From IMG/VR virus record IMGVR_UViG_3300040771_000127: a DNA stretch of 64,000 nucleotides; one strand, written 5' to 3'. This DNA is from a virus. Shown here piece by piece: positions 45,989-54,876 of this stretch. The position numbers were made by a program, and so were the translations under genes. The notes beneath the pieces were generated by a model. It was not told the origin of the DNA. It saw only the letters and a list, made by a program, of their open reading frames with translations, and made no database searches. How positions within the stretch are numbered: position 1 is the first letter of the stretch; the number at the start of each line of letters is the position of its first letter.

Positions 45989-46827
45989 TGCCTAGAAAAA
46001 GTAAACGTTTAGAAGAAGCAATAGTATCTGTAGAGGAAGTATCTCCAGAATTACTAGATAAAACACCTAAAAAAGAAGTCTCCCTTATACTTAAGGAAGG
46101 GGAGTTTATGCATGACCTAGTTGGTGAGATAACAGAAGTTGAGGACTTACGTAATGTTGTCTGTCCTTTCTACAAAAACGGTAGAGCTGTTAAATGTATA
46201 GGCTGTAAAAAAGAAGATGATATTGTAGAAGGTTGCAAGGAGGAACTAATAGCCGGTTTATTACGTAGACCTACTTACGGACTTTCGGGAGCCTTTTATG
46301 ATACTGCATTTGATTTGCCCATAGTGTTACCTAGGGTAGCAAAAGTTTCTGTATTAGACACAGTAGCAATGGGATTGATTTGTAATACTTGTCACGTTTC
46401 AGACAATTGCCCACTTTATGTAGAGAATCATGAGTGTGGTATTGACTGGAAAGAGGGAGTAGACACCACAGACACAAAAGCTGTCTTAGGCCACATGATT
46501 GACTTACAGATGCAGCGCGTTACTCGTGCTAGAAATATGGAGTTAATCGATGGTGGTATGCCTGACCAAACCACTTCGGGAGAAATGGATCGCCTTACGG
46601 GTCTTATAGGTATGAAAGACAACTTGGATGCTGACCGATTTTCTGTTCGTATTGATGCCAGTAGTAAGAGTGGTAGCGAAGGCGGCGGAATACTCGCTAA
46701 ACTTTTCGGAGGTGGAGGTAGTGGTAGTAATACCGAGAATCTCCCTGAGTTAGAAGCTAAAACAATTGATTTTGAAGAACTGGAAGTAAAACCCGCTACC
46801 AAAGATAAAAGAAAAAAAGATGAATAA
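45988..46827 (+). CDS. Cys-rich hypothetical protein with Gly-rich tail
   Basis: 279 aa with clusters CPFYKNGRAVKCIGCKKEDDIVEGC and CNTCHVSDNCPLYVENHEC, and GGGILAKLFGGGGSGS near the C-terminus. Confidence 0.5.
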   Translation: MPRKSKRLEEAIVSVEEVSPELLDKTPKKEVSLILKEGEFMHDLVGEITEVEDLRNVVCPFYKNGRAVKCIGCKKEDDIVEGCKEELIAGLLRRPTYGLSGAFYDTAFDLPIVLPRVAKVSVLDTVAMGLICNTCHVSDNCPLYVENHECGIDWKEGVDTTDTKAVLGHMIDLQMQRVTRARNMELIDGGMPDQTTSGEMDRLTGLIGMKDNLDADRFSVRIDASSKSGSEGGGILAKLFGGGGSGSNTENLPELEAKTIDFEELEVKPATKDKRKKDE

Positions 46828-47560
46828 GTTAAGACTAAACACTATCTACATTACCTATCAAGGTGAGGTAAACCATTTCGGAATCGGTACTCCCGTAATC
46901 TTTTTACGTTTACAAGGATGTCCTATTCGTTGCTACAAAGATACTATGGGTGTTCTTTGTGACACTCCAGAGGCTTTAGAAAAAGGTACTAGCAACTCTC
47001 TTGAGGTTACTGAAATAGTAAACCGATTAAAAGACGTTAAGAAGTACACAGGAATTAATCTTATCTGTTTAAGTGGTGGAGACCCTCTTTGGCAGAATAA
47101 GGAATCACTACATGATTTGTTTCAGCAGTTAGAGGCGAATAAATTTAATGTGAGTGTTGAGACTTCGGGAGTAATATCTATAAAACCTTACAGTAAGTAC
47201 AAGAATGTTTTTTGGGTAGTTGACTATAAATTATTGTCTGCAGGTGTAAAGACAGATTTCCATAAAGATAACTACGCTACCCCTGAGGGAACTATTATAA
47301 AATTCGTTGTTTATGACGAGGCTGATTTAGCTGAGGCTATACACATATATAGACTGGGTGTGTTTAGTTTAAATACTAAATTTACTTTTGGTTTATATTG
47401 GGGAACTACAAAAATCACTTACTCCGAATTAACGGGTCGCCTTGTACGGGAGAATATGTTAGGCCTAGTAGGGGTAAATTTCCAAGTACATAAAATGGCT
47501 GAGTTTTATGACCAAAACAGTGTAGCTGCCCATGAAACAGTAGTTAGAGCTAAAATTTAG
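46820..47560 (+). CDS. queE: 7-carboxy-7-deazaguanine synthase (QueE, radical SAM)
   Basis: IYITYQGEVNHFGIGTPVIFLRLQGCPIRCYKDTMGVLCDTPEA is collinear with the QueE N-terminus (SIQGEG..G.P..F.R..GC...C..CDT), but the cysteine spacing is C-x3-C-x8-C. Confidence 0.75.
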   Translation: MNKLRLNTIYITYQGEVNHFGIGTPVIFLRLQGCPIRCYKDTMGVLCDTPEALEKGTSNSLEVTEIVNRLKDVKKYTGINLICLSGGDPLWQNKESLHDLFQQLEANKFNVSVETSGVISIKPYSKYKNVFWVVDYKLLSAGVKTDFHKDNYATPEGTIIKFVVYDEADLAEAIHIYRLGVFSLNTKFTFGLYWGTTKITYSELTGRLVRENMLGLVGVNFQVHKMAEFYDQNSVAAHETVVRAKI

Positions 47561-47633
47561 TTTCAGAATATTTAATTTGATTATTAATTTAGGTTTGTGT
47601 ATAATTACATATTCCAATAAAAACAAGTAGCCC

Positions 47634-48068
47634 ATGTTTACGGAATCCACTATCATTAAAGATTACCATTTTTATACTGCTCACAGGAACGAAAACTTAC
47701 GAGATAAATGTCGTAATATCCACGGACACACGTACTATCTAAAAATAGGTTTACGCTTTTTAACCTCTGAATTTAATGTAGAATCAGGTATTTACTTAAA
47801 CTTTAATGATGTGGATGCCCACATGGAACCTTTAGTTAAATCTTTAGATCATGCAACACTAGTATCTAAAAAAGATTCCCTACTTGTAGAGTGTGTTAGT
47901 CAATACCCAGATATTTTTGGCAAAATAGTTTTAATGCCCGAAGCTACTTCTGTGGAGAACTTAACACAATTTATTGCTAATTTAATACGTACAACACCGC
48001 TAGGTAAGAACCTAGCTTTTATATCAATTAAAGAAACAACCACATCGGAAGTAGTTCTTAACTTCTAA
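47634..48068 (+). CDS. queD: 6-carboxy-5,6,7,8-tetrahydropterin synthase (QueD)
   Basis: 144 aa with YHFYTAH...CRNIHGHTYYLKI (the HGH zinc/catalytic block of the PTPS/QueD family). Confidence 0.75.
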   Translation: MFTESTIIKDYHFYTAHRNENLRDKCRNIHGHTYYLKIGLRFLTSEFNVESGIYLNFNDVDAHMEPLVKSLDHATLVSKKDSLLVECVSQYPDIFGKIVLMPEATSVENLTQFIANLIRTTPLGKNLAFISIKETTTSEVVLNF

Positions 48069-48083
48069 AAACAACAAATTTTT

Positions 48084-48950
48084 ATGGAAAGTAAACCTAA
48101 TTTAGCTATCGGGGAAGTAGTCTTGTTCCCTATTGAAGATGGTTCCTATTTAAGAGGAACTATATTATCATTCTTGCGTTCAGATAAAAAAGCTCGCATA
48201 GAAGAAGAAATTACAGGAGATATATACAAGTGTCCTACTGTTTCCTTAGACAAGATAGTTAGTAATGATGTCAACTGGAGATTTAAGTATTATGAAGATT
48301 TAGCCACACTCACAATTTTTAAAGAGCTTAAAAGTATTTTCGTTGCTGGAGAGGGAGGTCTTGGTAAGTCCTACATAATACAACAAATTTTAGAGAGTGA
48401 GGAGTTTCGTGAAGATAGAGATTACGTGTACGTTAAAGGTCATGTGTCTGCTTACGCTTTATTTCAGTTATTACAAGATCACCCGAGCAAACCTTTCATA
48501 TTTGATGATTGCGATGGGATATTAAAAGATCCTATAGCTTTAAATATTCTTAAAGGTGTTATTGATAGTTACAGTGTACGTAAAGTTAAATGGCTTACTA
48601 ACTCGGGAGTTGCTTCTAGGGTAAGTAGAACCTTTGAGTTTACAGGATCAATAATATTCCTATCTAATTTAAACGTTGAGAATGTACCGCAACCTATAGT
48701 TTCTAGAACTACTATGGTAGATGTTTCTATGACTAGTAAAGAGAAGATGGAACGTATGCGCCACATTGTAAAGCACATGCCAGAGATGGAAGCCATTAGT
48801 TTAGTTGACAGAGAAAAACTCCTCGATATTCTAGACAGTTATAAAATGATTGTAAAAGATTTCAACTTGCGTAGTTTAGTAAAAGCGGCAAATATGTTTA
48901 ATAAAACAGGCGACTGGTCTTACGTTAAAGCAAGTATTTTAGCCTCGTAA
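48084..48950 (+). CDS. P-loop NTPase with N-terminal Tudor/SH3-like domain
   Basis: Walker A VAGEGGLGKSY and Walker B PFIFDDCDG. The N-terminus is IGEVVLFPIEDGSYLRGTILSF. Confidence 0.5.
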   Translation: MESKPNLAIGEVVLFPIEDGSYLRGTILSFLRSDKKARIEEEITGDIYKCPTVSLDKIVSNDVNWRFKYYEDLATLTIFKELKSIFVAGEGGLGKSYIIQQILESEEFREDRDYVYVKGHVSAYALFQLLQDHPSKPFIFDDCDGILKDPIALNILKGVIDSYSVRKVKWLTNSGVASRVSRTFEFTGSIIFLSNLNVENVPQPIVSRTTMVDVSMTSKEKMERMRHIVKHMPEMEAISLVDREKLLDILDSYKMIVKDFNLRSLVKAANMFNKTGDWSYVKASILAS

Positions 48951-48961
48951 AAGTAATAACC

Positions 48962-49237
48962 ATGGGAATAATAGTAAAGGGCAGTATAAATTTTGTAGTT
49001 GAGATTCAAGGTAATGACTTACACTTATACAAAGAAGTAATTCAGTTACTCGCTAGACGCGAACCAGTAGCTATGGAAGACCTAGAAATCCTATTCGGTT
49101 TATCAGGTATGGTTATTACTAGTAGTACAAAACGTGAACAACAAGAAATAGCTACGCACGCTAATTACAAAAATCTAGATAGCACATTTAATAGAGTAGT
49201 TTACTTAAATATGGACTGCTCAGAACCTACTAAATAA
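48962..49237 (+). CDS. Hypothetical protein (paralogue of 49244-49492)
   Basis: 91 aa. LHLYKEVIQLLARREPVAMEDLEILFGLSGMV aligns with the next ORF. Confidence 0.55.
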   Translation: MGIIVKGSINFVVEIQGNDLHLYKEVIQLLARREPVAMEDLEILFGLSGMVITSSTKREQQEIATHANYKNLDSTFNRVVYLNMDCSEPTK

Positions 49238-49243
49238 AGTTAT

Positions 49244-49492
49244 ATGCGTACTATAATTAGGTTACAGTTAGATCTAGAAGCCGACCTAACCCCACATTTA
49301 CAGGAAGTTTTACAAAACTTTGTGCATAGAAAGCACATACATTTTGAGGAATTAGATTTTCTTGTTGGGCTGTCCAGAAGAGTTTGTCTTTTAAAAGAAG
49401 CCAACTTCTCCCATTCCGCAGTTGCCTTAGATCCCTACGCTTTACCAATAAAACTTTTGGAAATTAAATGCAGTTTATCAGATGAAAGTTAG
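49244..49492 (+). CDS. Hypothetical protein (paralogue of 48962-49237)
   Basis: 82 aa, with TPHLQEVLQNFVHRKHIHFEELDFLVGLSRRV. Confidence 0.55.
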   Translation: MRTIIRLQLDLEADLTPHLQEVLQNFVHRKHIHFEELDFLVGLSRRVCLLKEANFSHSAVALDPYALPIKLLEIKCSLSDES

Positions 49493-49835
49493 AGAATTAG
49501 TATACGGTTTACATTCAGATCACGTTGCTTCTGAGCATACCAGTAATGTTAGGTTTATTCACGATTTGGCTGTAATGTTAAATTGGAATTATACACTTGT
49601 TTATAAAATAGGGCAATACCATGTAGCGTTTGTTCCTTCTAGTTGTATGAGACCTATAAGTTACTTAGAGAGTGAATATTGCCTAGGCAGTCTTTATTAT
49701 GGTTCGTACTACCTTTTAACACCTCAGCAGGTAGTCGCACAAAACCTAGGATATAATACAGTAGTATTATCAGATGACTACCTTGGTTATAAACCTATAG
49801 AGGAACAATTAATTTTTTATGCTTTATTCTTATGA
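49482..49835 (+). CDS. Hypothetical protein
   Basis: 117 aa ORF. Confidence 0.5.
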   Translation: MKVRELVYGLHSDHVASEHTSNVRFIHDLAVMLNWNYTLVYKIGQYHVAFVPSSCMRPISYLESEYCLGSLYYGSYYLLTPQQVVAQNLGYNTVVLSDDYLGYKPIEEQLIFYALFL

Positions 49836-50305
49836 TGCAGATAGTAATAGAAACAACTTGTGTGACAGACAACTTTTTGGATGAGGGTAGTAACTCTTTC
49901 ACCAATAGAAAAAATTTCACTTCGGTAGAAGTAGAAAAAATATTTAAGGAACATAATTTTGGTAGTAATGTAGTACCCTCACTTTATTACATGGCTGACT
50001 TGGGTAACAATCCAAACATATTTACACCTCCAGATGGTAGAGACTACTTCGTGCAGATTCATGAAGTTTCCTTATGCTACATTTTACCTCAAGACTGTTA
50101 CGAAACCGGAAAAGATATTGAAGATTTGTTACTACTTGTAACTAAGGGTTTACGTGACGAGGATAAAGTAGTTGAGTTAATAAACAAAGCTTTTGTAGAA
50201 TTGGATCAACGTATGTTATGGATGACCGACTTACCAAACAAAGAGAAGTTCAAGGAAATACCAGGTTTAGCAGCCATAGTAAATAAACGTTTAAAAAAGA
50301 AATAG
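49832..50305 (+). CDS. Hypothetical protein
   Basis: 157 aa with an ATGA overlap. Confidence 0.55.
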   Translation: MMQIVIETTCVTDNFLDEGSNSFTNRKNFTSVEVEKIFKEHNFGSNVVPSLYYMADLGNNPNIFTPPDGRDYFVQIHEVSLCYILPQDCYETGKDIEDLLLLVTKGLRDEDKVVELINKAFVELDQRMLWMTDLPNKEKFKEIPGLAAIVNKRLKKK

Positions 50306-50306
50306 T

Positions 50307-50993
50307 ATGAAAAACGTGTTCGTATTACCAACAGATAAACCAAGTAGAGTATATTACAATAATAATGACGAAGAATTACAAGTATGTGAAGTTTATAGAA
50401 AAACTACTTTATTGAAAGAAAACAGAAACATCTACATCACTTCTGATGAAGAAATTAAAAAGGGAGATTGGTTCTATTGTTTTCAAAATAATAATGTGTT
50501 AAAATGTTTTAAAAAAGAAAATTCATTATTGAATGATTATCATACAAGATATGCTAAAATCATACTAACAACAGACCCAGACCTAATCAAAGATAGTGTA
50601 CAAGCTATTGATGATGATTTTTTAGAGTGGTTTGTTAAGAATCCGAGTTGTAAAGAAATAGAAGTAATACCAATAGGTTTTGAAGAAAGAGAAAATTACT
50701 TAACAATCATTCCAAAAGAAGAACCTAAGCAAGGTGTACACAAAGTAAAAGAGCAACTTATTATTCAAAGAGAACCTGACTACTTTAATTATGATGATGG
50801 AAAAAAACTTAATTTTTCCGAACAACAAGAGATAGAAAAGCAGATAGAAAAAACTGAAAAAAGATATAGTGAAGAAGAAGTTTTAGGGCAACTAAACCTT
50901 TTGCACAGTATGAAAAACTCTACTGTAGATACTTTTACAGATGAGAACGACTATATCACAATTAAGTGGTTTGAACAATTTAAAAAGAAATAA
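50307..50993 (+). CDS. Hypothetical protein
   Basis: 228 aa ORF. Confidence 0.55.
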   Translation: MKNVFVLPTDKPSRVYYNNNDEELQVCEVYRKTTLLKENRNIYITSDEEIKKGDWFYCFQNNNVLKCFKKENSLLNDYHTRYAKIILTTDPDLIKDSVQAIDDDFLEWFVKNPSCKEIEVIPIGFEERENYLTIIPKEEPKQGVHKVKEQLIIQREPDYFNYDDGKKLNFSEQQEIEKQIEKTEKRYSEEEVLGQLNLLHSMKNSTVDTFTDENDYITIKWFEQFKKK

Positions 50994-51202
50994 TGGCAGC
51001 AGTACCTACAGGAATAAAATATAAGGCCACATTTAAAGCCTACGGAGACCCTAATTACGTTAAGAGTAAAGAGTACGTAATAGTAATACACGATAATTCC
51101 AGTTTTACTATTAGTCTAGAGGATGGTACAGGTAAAAGATACCATGGTTCATTAAAGAATTTCTTTGCTCATTGGGATAAAGTTTCTGAACTAACAGAGT
51201 AA
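50993..51202 (+). CDS. Hypothetical protein
   Basis: 69 aa with a TAATG junction. Confidence 0.5.
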   Translation: MAAVPTGIKYKATFKAYGDPNYVKSKEYVIVIHDNSSFTISLEDGTGKRYHGSLKNFFAHWDKVSELTE

Positions 51203-51232
51203 GTAATTTTAACCTTTATAAATAATAACATG

Positions 51233-51262
51233 TAGGCATCACTTTACTGTAGTGCCTATTTT
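51233..51262 (+). terminator. Imperfect hairpin terminator
   Basis: TAGGCA/TGCCTA stem with an imperfect extension, followed by TTTT. Confidence 0.4.
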
Positions 51263-51276
51263 AAAATACTAGTTTT

Positions 51277-51780
51277 ATGAATACAGTTCAGCGAAAATAC
51301 ATTATAGATAAACTTACAGAGAAAACCAAACTTACGATTGAATTATTAAAGAAGTCTGTTCCTGAGCCACTGTCACTAAATGTGAATATACTTCATAGGG
51401 TAATGTCAAATGATTTTGAAATTAGAACTACTGAGGAACTCAAAAAAATAATACTTGAAAAAGCCCTTAAAGCGGGTAGTAATAAAAATATTAGAGAAGA
51501 TTGGTTAGGTAACTCTTGGGGAACTAGTAACAGAACTGGAGTGCATTTCACGTTCGATGAATTTTTTATCATACCTGAGGAGTACATTAAGTTACGAGAA
51601 GAAAGAGAAGCAGCAGTAAAAAGTGTTGAAGCTGAAATAAGAACTTTGCAGGTACAACTTGAAACATTAGAGATCAGGATTATGGTAGCTTCTGATAAAA
51701 CATTACAAACTTTAATAAATGAGGTTGATGATATGGGTAGTGTAACCCTAATAGATACCAAATTAAAATTACTTTCATAA
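51277..51780 (+). CDS. Hypothetical coiled-coil protein
   Basis: 167 aa ORF. Confidence 0.55.
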   Translation: MNTVQRKYIIDKLTEKTKLTIELLKKSVPEPLSLNVNILHRVMSNDFEIRTTEELKKIILEKALKAGSNKNIREDWLGNSWGTSNRTGVHFTFDEFFIIPEEYIKLREEREAAVKSVEAEIRTLQVQLETLEIRIMVASDKTLQTLINEVDDMGSVTLIDTKLKLLS

Positions 51781-51812
51781 ACAATAAAATAGCAACAATA
51801 AAAATTTACATT

Positions 51813-52310
51813 ATGATAAAAATAGTCGTATTAATGCCAATAAAAGACTCTTCTGTGGAGGAAGTAATAAAAAATCTTTCGGAAAAACAAAAAGCTACAG
51901 GTATTGCCAATAGTCACCATATTGAATACTCTTTAGAAATAGCAGAAAATTTTAACAGGGTTGAGTGGTACTGTCCTGATAAGTTTATAGATGCTAAGTA
52001 CATTCCTATTGTTGAGGAGGTAGTAAGTGGGATTAGGGAATACTTGGATTCTTTTTTAGTAGCGGTAAATAAAGAAGAGAAGACTTTAAATTATGATAGT
52101 CCCGTTTGCACGGACCCCGTTAGGCATTTAGCAGAGTTGATGGCTATTGAACTTATGAGTGGTAGATCGCTATCGGAACAAAATAAAATCTTGATTAGTG
52201 TTAAGAAATTACTACTTATAGATAGGGAACAAAAATTGCTGAAATCAGAGGAAGAGGCTTTACTACTTCGTCAGAGTATTATTGAACTTAATACACTTTT
52301 ATCGGATTAA
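51813..52310 (+). CDS. Hypothetical protein
   Basis: 165 aa ORF. Confidence 0.55.
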   Translation: MIKIVVLMPIKDSSVEEVIKNLSEKQKATGIANSHHIEYSLEIAENFNRVEWYCPDKFIDAKYIPIVEEVVSGIREYLDSFLVAVNKEEKTLNYDSPVCTDPVRHLAELMAIELMSGRSLSEQNKILISVKKLLLIDREQKLLKSEEEALLLRQSIIELNTLLSD

Positions 52311-52314
52311 AATT

Positions 52315-52686
52315 ATGCTAGTTAGAAATTTGCATATAGTAACATGGGAAACATTATTCGTATTAAAGGTAAGTGTGGATAGTTTTACTATGCGCAGATT
52401 TAAAGTAGTTCTTAATACTCACGTAAAAGATTTAGAAACCGTTGAATTAATTTTCACTATTCAAGTAGGTTCCTATAAGGGTATCACTTCCTTATTAGAC
52501 TACCTACTTGAATACTCAGGTTACCCTAGTTATTATTCTATAATATTCCCGAGTGTAGTAGTAGCGGATAGTCAATTTGTTACACCAGATCAATTACACT
52601 TACATTTGTTTAAAGTTTTTCAAGATTTATTTTTTGATACACCACAACCTAAGAGGTTAAAGAGAACTAAAAAATTAAAGAAGTAA
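52315..52686 (+). CDS. Hypothetical protein
   Basis: The track ORF 52282-52686 is trimmed to ATG 52315 (MLVRNLHIV...), which removes the overlap with the upstream gene. 123 aa. Confidence 0.5.
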   Translation: MLVRNLHIVTWETLFVLKVSVDSFTMRRFKVVLNTHVKDLETVELIFTIQVGSYKGITSLLDYLLEYSGYPSYYSIIFPSVVVADSQFVTPDQLHLHLFKVFQDLFFDTPQPKRLKRTKKLKK

Positions 52687-52691
52687 AATAA

Positions 52692-52866
52692 AATTCTAAC
52701 TGCCGAGAATAGATAACATATACTGTAGTTAAAGTAACTACGGATAGACTAGTCACCATTATTAAACTTAGTGGGTTTGTGCAGATAACACATGAAGGGG
52801 TTAACTTTTCCGATTCTACTGGGATAACTCTCCCTTGAACAACTCCACAATGAGGCAGTTAGAATT
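52692..52866 (+). repeat. Intergenic element closed by a perfect 13-bp long-range stem
   Basis: AATTCTAACTGCC (52692-52704) is the exact reverse complement of GGCAGTTAGAATT (52854-52866). The interior has a hairpin GTAGTT/AACTAC (~52723-52741) and three GATAAC copies. No ORF longer than 11 codons. Confidence 0.55.
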
Positions 52867-52894
52867 AATATTAAATAATTAAAAAACAAAAGGT

Positions 52895-53137
52895 ATGTTT
52901 ATAGATTTTAACCATCACATAGGTGACCAGTTAGGAAAAATGGCACATGATAATTTATACGAAGTAAGTATGTTACAGATGATTGCCCTTTTAAAACCTA
53001 CATTTGCTAAAGAGGGAGATATGTTTTGTTACTTGTATGGTGAAAACTTACATTCGGGAATTGCTGGATTCGGTAGTACTCCTTATGAGGCTATGGTTTC
53101 TTTTTGTACTGCTTTCAAGACAGAAAAGGCTAAATAA
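52895..53137 (+). CDS. Hypothetical protein
   Basis: 80 aa ORF. Confidence 0.5.
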   Translation: MFIDFNHHIGDQLGKMAHDNLYEVSMLQMIALLKPTFAKEGDMFCYLYGENLHSGIAGFGSTPYEAMVSFCTAFKTEKAK

Positions 53138-53149
53138 ATTCGGAACGAT

Positions 53150-53377
53150 ATGATAGTAATAGAAATAGGAACGCCACAACCAGTAGATTGCCCAAACTGT
53201 AAGTGTAAAAATGGTTACAGGATTATTCAATTGGTACAGCTTTATAGTTTCAACTGCTTTGATAAAGATGGTAATTATTTTACAGAAATTAATTCAGAGT
53301 CCAGAAAAGTAATTAGGCAGTTGAAGAAAGTTTGTTGTCACGAGTGTCTAGTTATACTACCTTTTAGGGTTAGTTAG
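53150..53377 (+). CDS. Zinc-ribbon-like small protein
   Basis: 75 aa with CPNCKC ... CCHEC. Confidence 0.5.
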   Translation: MIVIEIGTPQPVDCPNCKCKNGYRIIQLVQLYSFNCFDKDGNYFTEINSESRKVIRQLKKVCCHECLVILPFRVS

Positions 53378-53388
53378 TTGTTATTAGC

Positions 53389-54015
53389 TACACAGTAAGA
53401 GTATCTGATACAAGGGTAAAATGCTTTTGCGGGTAGTAGTAAATCTACCAGTAGCTACTAATGTATACACAGACGCATTTACTAGGGTTACACACAGCTA
53501 GTATATGATACACGAAGTACCAGTAGCGAAAATCATCGGTTAGAGATGCGTAAAAAGTAAAATTTGCCCCATAAGAAGTCAGGCACAATGGTAATAGTAT
53601 ACTAATATGACTGATAACGTTGGGAAACCCCTTGAATACTGCCTTAAACCATACTAGAAAAATATGCGGGCAAAGTGTTAATGGTAAGTTTATCTATGTT
53701 ATGTATAGTATAAGTATATGGTAGTAGATGTTTATGTGTGATGTAGGTACGGAGAGATACCAAAAGAAAGAAAGAAGTTCTGTAGCCACAGGTACACGTA
53801 GCTGCGTAGGGTAATTAGTTACACAGAGAGATTCTACACACACAGAGATTAGCTAACTACACACACGCACACACAGGGAATTTTACACAGGTAAATTTTA
53901 CACACGCAGTTACAAGCGTAGCTGGGTAATAAATTAAATATAACTACACGCACAGAGAATATGCTTAAAGATACACACGCACATTTAGGGAGAGTTTTTG
54001 GTAATCTACACACAG
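53389..54015 (+). repeat. Array of 13 same-orientation TACAC(AC)n(G)CAG-type short repeats
   Basis: Copies start at 53389, 53466, 53489, 53509, 53793, 53820, 53835, 53858, 53884, 53899, 53945, 53972 and 54007. The last two lie inside the first codons of ORF 53961. The span is otherwise a 583-nt non-coding gap. Confidence 0.7.
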
Positions 54016-54305
54016 ACTATCTAGCCATTATTGATTATAAAACTGCTGGCAGTCCATCACGTAAATTAGTTCTAGTTAGTATGAGCGTAGATTATTCTTC
54101 TTGGTTAGTAACTACTGGAACTATTTCTAAATTCTACGGGGAGGAAGATGTAGATGATATGTTAGTTAATATATTAGAACACTTAAATTACCCAGATAAA
54201 TTTCTAGTAACTAGTCAATCTGAATTTACTGGAATAGTTCCTTATACTACTCAGCAAATGCTTAGGCACTTGTGTAGTTACTTACCAGTTAATTTTAAGC
54301 CTTGA
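53961..54305 (+). CDS. Hypothetical protein (paralogue family member 1)
   Basis: 114 aa. ISKFYGEEDVDDMLVNILEHLNYPDKFLVTS aligns with the next ORF. Confidence 0.5.
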   Translation: MLKDTHAHLGRVFGNLHTDYLAIIDYKTAGSPSRKLVLVSMSVDYSSWLVTTGTISKFYGEEDVDDMLVNILEHLNYPDKFLVTSQSEFTGIVPYTTQQMLRHLCSYLPVNFKP

Positions 54306-54328
54306 AAAAATAATAAAATATTATACAC

Positions 54329-54874
54329 ATGACTTCATCAAATACTTGGCACGTATGGGAAACTGCTACTACCGGATTAGATCCACAGGACTTAATATTA
54401 CTTATCGAATACCAAGAATCAGAACGTACTTTTACTATTAAAACAATTAACGCTTTTAGTAGGATAGTAGGAGAAGAAAAAGAATTAAACTCTTCGCAAC
54501 TAGTAATGGAGATACTAGAACGTTTAAGTTTCCCGTTGTACTTTTCTGTAATAAGTTTGACTGGTAAGGAAACTGCAAAAAAACGCATGAGTATAGAGAG
54601 GGTAGTTAGTTATATTATAAATGCTACTACTTTAATTAAGGCTACGAGGATGCGTGATTCTTTAAGTCCTACGGGTGTTACACCTTTTAAGCCTGAAAAA
54701 CTTTCGGACGCTTCAGGTAGTGTAAGTGGTAGGTCTATTACTCCTTTTCCACGTGGTATGTTTAGAGAGACTGATATAAAAGGTAGTGTTCATACTTCTG
54801 ATATGATGGATGCTTACATTAGTGCGCTTAGTGATGTGCTTGATTTAACTATACTAAAAGATAAAGAAAAATAA
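54329..54874 (+). CDS. Hypothetical protein (paralogue family member 2)
   Basis: 181 aa, with FSRIVGEEKELNSSQLVMEILERLSFPLYFSVIS. Confidence 0.5.
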   Translation: MTSSNTWHVWETATTGLDPQDLILLIEYQESERTFTIKTINAFSRIVGEEKELNSSQLVMEILERLSFPLYFSVISLTGKETAKKRMSIERVVSYIINATTLIKATRMRDSLSPTGVTPFKPEKLSDASGSVSGRSITPFPRGMFRETDIKGSVHTSDMMDAYISALSDVLDLTILKDKEK

Positions 54875-54876
54875 CT

